A stretch of 64,000 nucleotides of DNA, from positions 13,826,001 to 13,890,000 of the forward strand of contig OZ059894.1 of assembly GCA_964057225.1 (NCBI GenBank), given 5' to 3'. The notes beneath the pieces are model-generated. The model saw only the letters and a list, made by a program, of their open reading frames with translations, was not told where the DNA came from and made no database searches. The translations under genes and the position numbers were made by a program. Origin of the DNA: Auanema rhodensis. Its lineage: Eukaryota > Animalia > Nematoda. Positions within the stretch are counted from its first letter, which is position 1, and each line of letters opens with the position of its first letter. Shown piece by piece: positions 24,366-34,492 of this stretch.

Positions 24366-27300
24366 TTATGCCCAACTTCCACCTCCGCCTTCATCCTTTT
24401 TGCCGGTGGATGGATATAGTCCACCTCCTCCTTGACCACCATTATCATCATATACTGGTCCAGCGCCGGTTGGGCTACCTCCTTGGTATCCTTGACCACG
24501 GTTGAAGCCACCGCCACCACCTCCAAACGCGGAACCTCCACCTCCACGACCTAAGATTTGAAGATCCGCATTAAGTAAAAAGTCATTCCTTTTTTTCTAC
24601 CTCTTCCAGAAAGGAATCTACTAACAAGGGAACCAATTGCTGCTCCACCTCCAGTTCGTAAAAGATTGCTGAACATGTTACTTCCACCAGAACGAGGAGG
24701 GGCTCCTCCACCACCATCTAAATAGTTTTGTAAAAATGAGACAAAAATTGAAAAAAAAACCATTTGGTGGTACAGAAGCATTCTGATTGCCTCCTTTTGA
24801 TCTGCAACAGCAGCAATAGCAGCATAAGCAACAACAGAGCAATGGAACAATAACGAAGATAAGAGCAAGCCAAATCCAGGATGGAATAGCTGGCATTTTG
24901 AAATTTGATCCTATAATTATTCCGTTAAACTTTTCATTCTAACTGAACATAAGAACCACCTTTACCACCTTGTCCACCTGAGAAACCACTTCCACCGTTG
25001 TTATTGTTGAATGGAGTCGGTTGCTGTCCTCTTCCGCCACCAGCAGAACCACTACTTGGTTGAGATGGACTTCCAGCTTTCGAGCTTGCTTTTTCCCTAA
25101 AAAAAATTACAAATTAAACGTGAAAAGTCTTCTGAAACACGCGGTCGATGCTATGCAAGATCTTTCGTATAATAATGTGTATCTGCGCCGCAACGATATC
25201 TTTGGTATAATGATGTTTATCTGTGCCGCAACCATATCCAAAATTTTATGACCGACTTAGGTGTGGCCGAATGGTCTAGGGGTATGATTCTCGCTTTGGG
25301 TGCGAGAGGTCCCGGGTTCAAATCCCGGTTCGGCCCAAATTTTTTAATTTCTGGGCTTCTGAATCTTTATTGCCTGAGGCAACGAAGACGTCGGCGTCGT
25401 CCGAAGTCTTCTGACCGACCTAGGTGTGGCCGAATGGTCTAGGGGTATGATTCTCGCTTTGGGTGCGAGAGGTCCCGGGTTCAAATCCCGGTTCGGCCCA
25501 AATTTTTTAATTTCTGGGCTTCTGAATCTTTATTGCCTGAGGCAACGAAGACGTCGGCGTCGTCCGAAGTCTTCTGACCGACCTAGGTGTGGCCGAATGG
25601 TCTAGGGGTATGATTCTCGCTTTGGGTGCGAGAGGTCCCGGGTTCAAATCCCGGTTCGGCCCAAATTTTTTAATTTCTGGGTTTCCGAATCTTTATTGCC
25701 TCAAGCAACAAAGACGTCGGCGTCGTCCGAAGTCTTCTAACCGACTTAGGTGTGGCCGAATGGTCTAGGGGTATGATTCTCGCTTTGGGTGCGAGAGGTC
25801 CCGGGTTCAAATCCCGGTTCGGCCCAAATTTTTTAATGTCTGGGCTTCTGAATCTTTATTGCCTGAGGCAACGAAGACGTCGGCGTCGTCCGAAGTCTTC
25901 TGACCGACCTAGGTGTGGCCGAATGGTCTAGGGGTATGATTCTCGCTTTGGGTGCGAGAGGTCCCGGGTTCAAATCCCGGTTCGGCCCAAATTTTTTAAT
26001 TTCTGGGTTTCTGAATCTTTATTGCCTGAGGCAACGAAGACGTCGGCGTCGTCCGAAGTCTTCTGACCGACCTAGGTGTGGCCGAATGGTCTAGGGGTAT
26101 GATTCTCGCTTTGGGTGCGAGAGGTCCCGGGTTCAAATCCCGGTTCGGCCCAAATTTTTTAATTTCTGGGCTTCCGAATCTTTATTGCCTCAGGCAACAA
26201 AGACGTCGGCGTCGTCCGAAGTCTTCTGACCGACTTAAGTGTGGCCGAATGGTCTAGGGGTATGATTCTCGCTTTGGGTGCGAGAGGTCCCGGGTTCAAA
26301 TCCCGGTTCGGCCCAAATTTTTTAATTTCTGGGCTTCCGAATCTTTATTGCCTCAAGCAACAAAGACGTCGGCGTCGTCCGAAGTCTTCTGACCGACTTA
26401 GGTGTGGCCGAATGGTCTAGGGGTATGATTCTCGCTTTGGGTGCGAGAGGTCCCGGGTTCAAATCCCGGTTCGGCCCAAATTTTTTAATGTCTGGGCTTC
26501 TGAATCTTTATTGCCTGAGGCAACGAAGACGTCGGCGTCGTCCGAAGTCTTCTGACCGACCTAGGTGTGGCCGAATGGTCTAGGGGTATGATTCTCGCTT
26601 TGGGTGCGAGAGGTCCCGGGTTCAAATCCCGGTTCGGCCCAAATTTTTTAATTTCTGGGCTTCTGAATCTTTATTGCCTGAGGCAACGAAGACGTCGGCG
26701 TCGTCCGAAGTCTTCTGACCGACCTAGGTGTGGCCGAATGGTCTAGGGGTATGATTCTCGCTTTGGGTGCGAGAGGTCCCGGGTTCAAATCCCGGTTCGG
26801 CCCAAATTTTTTAATGTCTGGGCTTCTGAATCTTTATTGCCTGAGGCAACGAAGACGTCGGCGTCGTCCGAAGTCTTCTGACCGACCTAGGTGTGGCCGA
26901 ATGGTCTAGGGGTATGATTCTCGCTTTGGGTGCAAGAAGATATCAATGAATTGTTGTGCTGAGGCAACGATCATAGCAAAATTCTGTGGACAAAATTTAA
27001 AACTAACCACGTGGCTTGGAGAACATTTGTCAGTGCTTGTTGATAATTTGATTGTTGGAAGAGAGATTTCTAAAGGTTGAACTTGAAAGTATAATATATT
27101 AGATTAACAAGCATACTTGCTTCATGAAGATATCAGTGAATTCTTGTGCGTATACTGGCACCTTATCGTCACGAGCAACCCAAAACTTCATATCATCAGT
27201 GGATACCTGAATTAATACTTAATTTCTAAACGAAATATTAAAATTCAACTAGAAAAAGAAAATACAAACCACAATAACAATGGCTTTCTGGCACTGAGGA

Positions 27301-27807
27301 TCTAGAGTCCATCTTTGAAGCATATCATTAGCCATTTGGCTTACAGCCTGAAAAATTTTATCGTTAATTTGTGTACAACAAGTTTAAATATGATATAGTA
27401 TTTTCTTTTAAACCTTACATCAGTTGATCCTCCTTTGACATGCCGAGCTATTGCCATGGCAGCAGTAACTCCTTTTTTGTCACAGAAAGAATGAGCCATA
27501 TTCTGAAGTTAGTGGTATTCACTTAAAGGATTGAATGGAAAATTTTAGTACCTGACGAGTACGAGACTCAAGTTGCTTGAGGTCATGATCTAATCTGTAT
27601 CTAGCAGATTCACTTAAAACACCGTCAGGATCACAAATATTCGCTGTTGTTCTCATTTTGCATGCCTGAAGAATGATTCTCAAATAGATTCAGGAATACT
27701 CAAAATATTACTTTAAATTGCCCAGCAGTTGGGTTAGGATAATTGCTCGCATCCCATTCGGTGGCTATCGTTCCTGTTATAAACAGGAAAAGTAGGAGCC
27801 AATTCAT
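24366..27807 (-). CDS. TPM-domain (MOLO-1-like) single-pass membrane protein with Gly-rich cytoplasmic tail
   Basis: Signal peptide MNWLLLFLFITGTIA; WDASNYPNP...CKMRTTANICDPDGVLS...FCDKKG...WTLDPQCQK; TM segment WIWLALIFVIVPLL followed by a Cys cluster CCCLCCYCCCC; Gly-rich tail ending GGGGSWA*. The frame is kept across the 25097-27007 intron (TG|G, Trp). Confidence 0.85.
25265..25336 (+). tRNA. tRNA-Pro (TGG), copy 1
   Basis: GGCCGAA/TTCGGCC acceptor stem, A box TGGTCTAGGGG, anticodon arm CTCGC-TTTGGGT-GCGAG, B box GGTTCAAATCC, followed by TTTTTT. Confidence 0.97.
25428..25499 (+). tRNA. tRNA-Pro (TGG), copy 2
   Basis: Identical to copy 1. Confidence 0.97.
25591..25662 (+). tRNA. tRNA-Pro (TGG), copy 3
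   Basis: Identical to copy 1. Confidence 0.97.
25754..25825 (+). tRNA. tRNA-Pro (TGG), copy 4
   Basis: Identical to copy 1. Confidence 0.97.
25917..25988 (+). tRNA. tRNA-Pro (TGG), copy 5
   Basis: Identical to copy 1. Confidence 0.97.
26080..26151 (+). tRNA. tRNA-Pro (TGG), copy 6
   Basis: Identical to copy 1. Confidence 0.97.
26243..26314 (+). tRNA. tRNA-Pro (TGG), copy 7
   Basis: Identical to copy 1. Confidence 0.97.
26406..26477 (+). tRNA. tRNA-Pro (TGG), copy 8
   Basis: Identical to copy 1. Confidence 0.97.
26569..26640 (+). tRNA. tRNA-Pro (TGG), copy 9
   Basis: Identical to copy 1. Confidence 0.97.
26732..26803 (+). tRNA. tRNA-Pro (TGG), copy 10
   Basis: Identical to copy 1. Confidence 0.97.
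26895..26933 (+). pseudogene. 3'-truncated tRNA-Pro (5' half only)
   Basis: Matches the first 39 nt of the tRNA, then breaks just after the anticodon loop. No B box. Confidence 0.9.
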
Positions 27808-29953
27808 CAGGCTTAAATGGAAAGGGTTAAAAACGTTTAGAAAATTAGAAAACAATGGTTTTAGATCAAGAAAAAAACTTTGAAAGAAAATAAGATAAAC
27901 AATATTTTACAATAATATTATAAAATAAATTTTAATATATATGTGTAGCGAAAATCATATAAAGATTATGAAACTAAAAGTTAATAGACAACAAAATGAT
28001 AATAATATCAGTGTAAGTAAAGAAAAGAAAAACAATAATACTTATAGCATAGAGAGGTTGAAAATGAAAAGAAAGTAGTTTTCAAAGAAAATAATCAACA
28101 AAATAGTTAGTTAACGATAAACAAAAAGCAAAACATTTAATTATAAAATGTGTGTATGTGTGTGTAATTATACTGATAATAATGATAAAAACACATATAA
28201 AGAATACAATTTATGATAAAAAAAAGGAAATATAAGTTATTAGACAAGAAATCTGAGTTAAAATATAATAAACATTAAAGGAATATTGTTAAAACATTGA
28301 TTGAAATTTAAAATTAAACAAAACTTTTTTGAATAGAATACGGTTTAAAGTGATAAGGTCTTATTAGAAAATCTTGAAATTGAAGTAAATTAATATGTAA
28401 AAGAATTTTTTGTGTTGCATTACATGTTATTGATGGTCAAGGTCATGTGTTGTGGACAGAAAAGAGAAAGAAAGGTTGGCTGCAAACAATCAAAGTTGTA
28501 GCTTTTAGGCCATAAAATACATCTCAACTGGAAAATGTAATGAAGGTCGATAATTTGACTTATTCTGCTTCATATGGCACCAGCTGTTTTGATGATAGTG
28601 TGTCAAAGTTAAGGAAGAATCTATTGATTATTTCCAGATTTTCAATAGAAAACAACTGACAAACGATTAGTACTATGGCAACATCAAAATAAAAAGAAAA
28701 CTAAACGAAATGTATATACTATATGTATATAGTAAATTCTTTTTTTGTTCTAATTTGAATAACTTTAGGTGAATATGTAAGAAAGATAAGAAACCAAATA
28801 AAAGAGATAAAGCCAAATTCTATAAAAATCAATAATACATGGCTGTACTGAAGCAAAAAGCAGCAAAAATATTGTGAAAATGGCGAGCACTACATAGACA
28901 ACTTTACACATTACCTGCTCCACAATATAATCGAAAACTACTATATTACTTATATATTTATGAAATATGATACAAATATGAATAAAAATAGAAAAAGTTG
29001 GTAACGTTTTACTTGAAACTTTGTATATTGAAAGACTTGAATTGTTTGCTATCGGCTAGTAAGGAACAACTAAAAGTGTTTCAATGACGGTTATACAACG
29101 AGAGGAAAATGAGAGTGTAATGCATATGCAGAGTGTGCCAGAGAAATAACATGTGAGATTCAACATAGTTTCAAATATTGAATACAATTCAAAGTAAAAG
29201 AGTAAAAGAAAAGAATTACAATTCTTTAAAATATACAAAAAGATGTTCTTTTTGTTAAAACTGAACAGAATGGCTTCAAATGTTGTATCGTTAAAAATAG
29301 AAGCTGGGTCACTAGTTATTTGGCTGTTTTCCTCGAAAGCCAAGCAGCACATAGAGCATATCGATCGTCATCTAGACTGCTTTTTTTAAAAATGGAAGAA
29401 TATAAGTTTTTAGATTTAGAAAAAAACAAATATGAAAAATAGAAATGAAAAACAAATTAATTTAAGAACAAAAATATAAGATTGAACCGCTTTATAAGTC
29501 AAAATAAATTAAAATGAATTGATGAGATTTATAAGAAATATGAAAGATTTTCAATTAAAATATTTACTTAGCAATAACAGGTTATATTGTTAGTGAAAAA
29601 ACATGAAAAATACTTTTTAATACCTATAGACTAACAGAGAAACAATGCTAAATCAAGATGTTATATTTTATTTTTTTTTATTTGAACAATGTAATAATAT
29701 ATAAAAGTATTTATGACAATAAATTTCGTCTTTCTTAACTATATCAAACTATTAGTTAACTATAATTTGTGTTGATGATTGAGAATCACATAAAAACTTG
29801 ACCATTGGACTGATTTCCCATGCGAAGCTATGATGAATTGAGTCATTACTACTGGATAGCAAACGACAACTCTACATTCATTTTTGTAAATTTAGAAAAC
29901 TTTATTCCAAAAAAATAAAAAATAAATATATTCAAAAACTAATATTTATAAGT

Positions 29954-29987
<34 letters not shown>

Positions 29988-29988
29988 T

Positions 29989-32900
29989 TTACAAGCGACT
30001 TTTAAGTTCAAGTTTTGCTATATTTTCCAAGTGAACTTCATCAGGTCCATCAGCCAATCTTAATGATCTAAAAAAATATTATTTTTTCATATATTATTAT
30101 CCTGATTTACCTAGCACTAATAAAGAATGATGATAGAGGAGTATCAGGAGTTAAACCACGTCCTCCTTCAATCTGAATAGCTCGATCAACAACTTTACAA
30201 GCCATCGTTGGAGCGACAACTTTTATCATTGCAATCTCAGCTTGAGCATCCTTTAAATAACAAAAAGTAAATATATTAATACATACATCTTTCAGTTGGA
30301 TGATTAACTATCTCTGTACCTTTGAGCCTACTGTATCAATCATGTGTGCAGCTTTAAGCACAAGAAGACGTGCCTGCTCTACTTCACATCTCGACAAAGC
30401 AATCTGCTTACGTATAGAATCGAATTCATTTAATTTCTTACGGAACGCAACACGATAAGAAGCCTAAAAATAATTTTCACATGATTAGAAATTCAAAAAT
30501 AGCGTTTTAACTCTTTCTTTCATGATATCAATAGATCTCTCAGCGTGACCAATAAGTCTCATAGCATGATGAATCCGTCCCGGTCCCAATCGTCCCTTAA
30601 AAAGCAAAGAAGAAGAAATAAATTATTATTGTTTTTAAAAGATTTTCAGTGACTTACTTGAGCAATTTCAAATCCTCTACCTTCCCCCAAAATCATATTT
30701 TCAATAGGTACTCGTACATTTGTGAAAGTTACTTCACAATGGCCAGCTGAAATGAAAGAAAGTATTATTCAAAATTAGAAAACATAATTTTGTCTTAGAA
30801 ACAGTGCACTTTATAAGAATAAAGCATACATGGTGCATCAACAGATCCAAAAACCTGCAGATTTCTTTCAATACGAACACCAGCACTATCCATTGGCACT
30901 AAGATCATTGACTGTTTAAATAATCGAGATTTCTACAATTTTTCAATATTTTCAACGTTTTTCAAATTTCTCGTTCAAACCTTTTCCGTTATAACTTGAC
31001 CCATAAATATGCAAACTTTACAATCTGGATGAGCAGCATTTGTTGTGAACCATTTACGTGAATTAATTATATATTCATTACCAATTTTAACGATTGAACC
31101 CTGTAAATAATAATTTATTTTTCATTATAAAAGTATAGAAAATACCTGAATATTGGTTGCATCACTACTAGCTACATCAGGTTCTGTCATCGCAAAACAA
31201 CTTTTAATTTTTCCTTCCAAAAGTGGCTTCAACCATTTTTCTTTCTGATCATCATTTCCATATTTAATCAAAACTTCCATATTTCCTGTATCTGGTGCTT
31301 GACAATTGAAAATCTTCAAAAAGTCAAGGTTTCAACACAATTTAACAATACTACAACACCTCTGGAGCATACATGCTTCTTCCCATTATTTCACAAATAT
31401 GAGCATATTCTACATTTGTAAGACCGTGTCCATATACAGCATCAGGATCAATATGTTTTGAAATGAAAAGATTCCACAGTCCCTGTGATTTAGCCTTTTC
31501 CTAAAACATTGCGTGAAATTTCCGATTGCGGAACTTATTTATTATCATTACTTTGATTGCTTCAAGCTTTGAATTAGGTGTCCATTGATCTTTTCCTATA
31601 TAGTATTCACTCATTTCTCTTTCAATGGGAATGATATCAGAATGAACAATTTCACGAACGCGTCTATAGAAATCTTGTGCCTTTGGAGATAAAGCATTAA
31701 TGCTGACAGCAAGCGTTCCTATAACATAGATATACAAATCTATCTTCTTTTCAATTAACTCGATATACAACTTACCTATTGAAGATAAATCTGACATTTC
31801 ATGAATTAAGCTTAATCCCAAAATGGCAAGTTTTTTGGGTACTGATCCAATATTCGATGCACTGAGAGAGGAAGCATTTTTTGTTAAAGATCTCATGTAA
31901 ACACCTTCAATATAACTATTATAATCACTGAAAAAACCACAAATTACCTTGTAATATACTGGCAAAACGGAAAATGACAAAAGTTATGTAATAGCTCCAT
32001 ATATCTGGCTTTATTGGAGCATTGTTACTGAACAATGCATAAAGTTCTAATGCTTCTGATATAGTTGGAATTCCCATTTTTTGAAGCTCATGTTCTTTCA
32101 AATGACCTAATCCAGGTAACATCTATATCATATAGTTAGTATTATATATTTTAATTAGATTAATAACCTTTGTATTACTTGTGTTATAATGAACAAACAT
32201 GAATGTGGCTAAATCTGCCAATGGATCACCAATTGTGGAGATTTCCCAATCCAAAACAGCTATAACACGATTTTCTGTTGGATGGAAAATCAGATTATCT
32301 AATCTGTAAAATCCAACAAAACAAAATACATTTTTTTAGAATTTCCATTACCTAAAATCTCCATGTACGATTGAAGCTGGATGCTCTTTTGGAATATTTT
32401 TTTGTAAATAATCGACCAATTTATTAATTTCTGGCAAATCTTCTGTTTTGGCCATCTCATAAGCAGTTACCCATCTTTTCAAGTTTCTGGTCATATATCC
32501 ATCTGAAGTTCATTTATTTTTCTCAAATATATTTTTGTTTAGTTTGTAAACAAATAACATCTTTAAGGTTAATTTATAAATAAGTTGATCTTTACCTTTA
32601 CGACCAAAGTCAGATAAACCAAGTTTCTCATAGCTCAATGAATGAATTGTAGCTAAAACACGAATAGCTTCTCTAAATATATTTATATTCAAATAATATA
32701 TTTATTTAAAATAATTTCACATACCTATAGATTTCTTGTCTTTCTTTTTTGCTCATTCCTGGTAACAATGGGTCAAGAAATATACGTCCAGGAGTATATG
32801 CCATAACATAGAAAGGTGTATCAAGTGTTCTTTAAATAAAATAAAAGATTAATATTAGTTGTTTTTAGAATTTGTTTTACTTTTCATCATATAATACCAC

Positions 32901-34492
32901 TTTTGGTACTGGCACATGTCCATCCAATGCTTGTAGAATTCGAAACTCTCTATCAATCTGATGAGCTTTTGGCAGAATTTTCCCACTCTATACAGTATTT
33001 AACAATAATTTCCAAAGAAATAATAAGAAGAAACTTACTGGCTTTTTACGTAAAACAAGTTCTCTTCCACAATATTTGATATAATATGTTGGATTACTTT
33101 GACCGTGATTGAATTTGCGAATCATCATATTTGTATTTCCGTTTAACGATAGCTTTTGATCAAACAGCTGTTTTAATTTATCCTTTGGTAATTTTTCTCC
33201 TTAACAATATAATTTATTAATAATATAATAATATTAATAATATTAATATATATCTATATATACTAATTTAATATTTTATACAAAAATTAGAATAATATTG
33301 AACTTAATATGAAACTTAATTGGTTCAAGCAATGAAAAAAGTTGGTTGGTTCAAGCATTGAAAAAAGACTACAAACTTGGTAAACAATCACGGGTTTCTG
33401 AAGGATATTCCATAGATAATCCAAGTAGTTGACAAACTTCATCAGCAGCATCTTCCGGCTTTGACACCTAAACGTCTTATGTTATCAGAATTATTTGAAA
33501 AGTATTTTCATTTTTTCATAAATTAATCAGTTGATTATTAATTATATGTTCCATATTTTTCGCTAATAACATATAAATAATAATAGTTTTTGAGATATAA
33601 AATTATTATTTTCTTTATAATATATTTTTTATTTTAATAATTAAAGATTATTATTATTATTATTATTAAAAATACCTTTATCGTATGAATACCCATTTCT
33701 CTGGGTACTTTTAAATTTGTACCCAAATCATCCAAAAACACGCATTCCTCTGGTCTCAACTAAAACAATATTATTTTTAAATTTAAATCATAAATTTTTA
33801 TTTATTACCTGAACTTTTGTTAAAGCTGCTTGATAGATTTCAATATCTGGTTTCCGACATTGAAGACGACACGATTCAATAATATGATCAAAGAATTGAG
33901 GAACATGCCTTGGAAGAGTAGGTTTCAGATGTGCTCTGTCCACATAGAAGTTATTGGTAATCAAAACAAGTTTGTATCCTGATGCTTTTAAAAGCTGAAA
34001 TAAGCAAAAACAATGTCCAAATATATTCATTGGAACGTTGAAAACCTTCAAGAGCTGTTCCATCTTTGGAATAATAGTATAATCACCAATGTTTTCACAA
34101 AAGCTTGCCATCAAGGGTATAATGGTATGTTGTGTATTATTCTAAATTATAAATATTTTGAATTATATATATATATATATAATTCTACCTTATTATTATA
34201 TAATAGTGTGAAAAGAGGGTCAAAATCTTCGCATGTTAAAAATCCTTTTTCAAAGTCTCCAAATATATCTTTTCCTTCTTTACTAAGCAAAACATCCAAA
34301 AGTGAGCCATGTTTAAGCTTCAATGATGTCTCAATGGCTAAAACAATTTATAAATTTATATTCAAATATAAAATATAAAATTAAAAATAAACAAATATTA
34401 TAGGAAATATATTTTGTATTACCTTCCCATAGTTTATATGGTGTCGGAAGAAGTACGCCACCCAAATCGAAGAATACAGCTTTGAATTTCAT
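29989..34492 (-). CDS. ACAD10: Acyl-CoA dehydrogenase family member 10 (HAD-like + APH kinase + ACAD domains)
   Basis: HAD domain: [35 protein letters not shown]. Kinase domain: [28 protein letters not shown]...VLDWE. ACAD domain: [60 protein letters not shown]. Ends LKSRL*. Confidence 0.95.

Larger units (their letters stand above)
25249..26933 (+). repeat. 163-bp tandem array; each unit is a tRNA-Pro gene + T6 terminator + 91-bp spacer (including the terminator) with a hairpin
   Basis: tRNA starts recur every 163 bp from 25265 to 26895. Confidence 0.98.

Noticed and set aside
10657-26933. CRISPR array interpretation of either tandem array
   Set aside because: There are no unique spacers: whole units repeat. 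The context is eukaryotic and intron-rich, with no cas genes.
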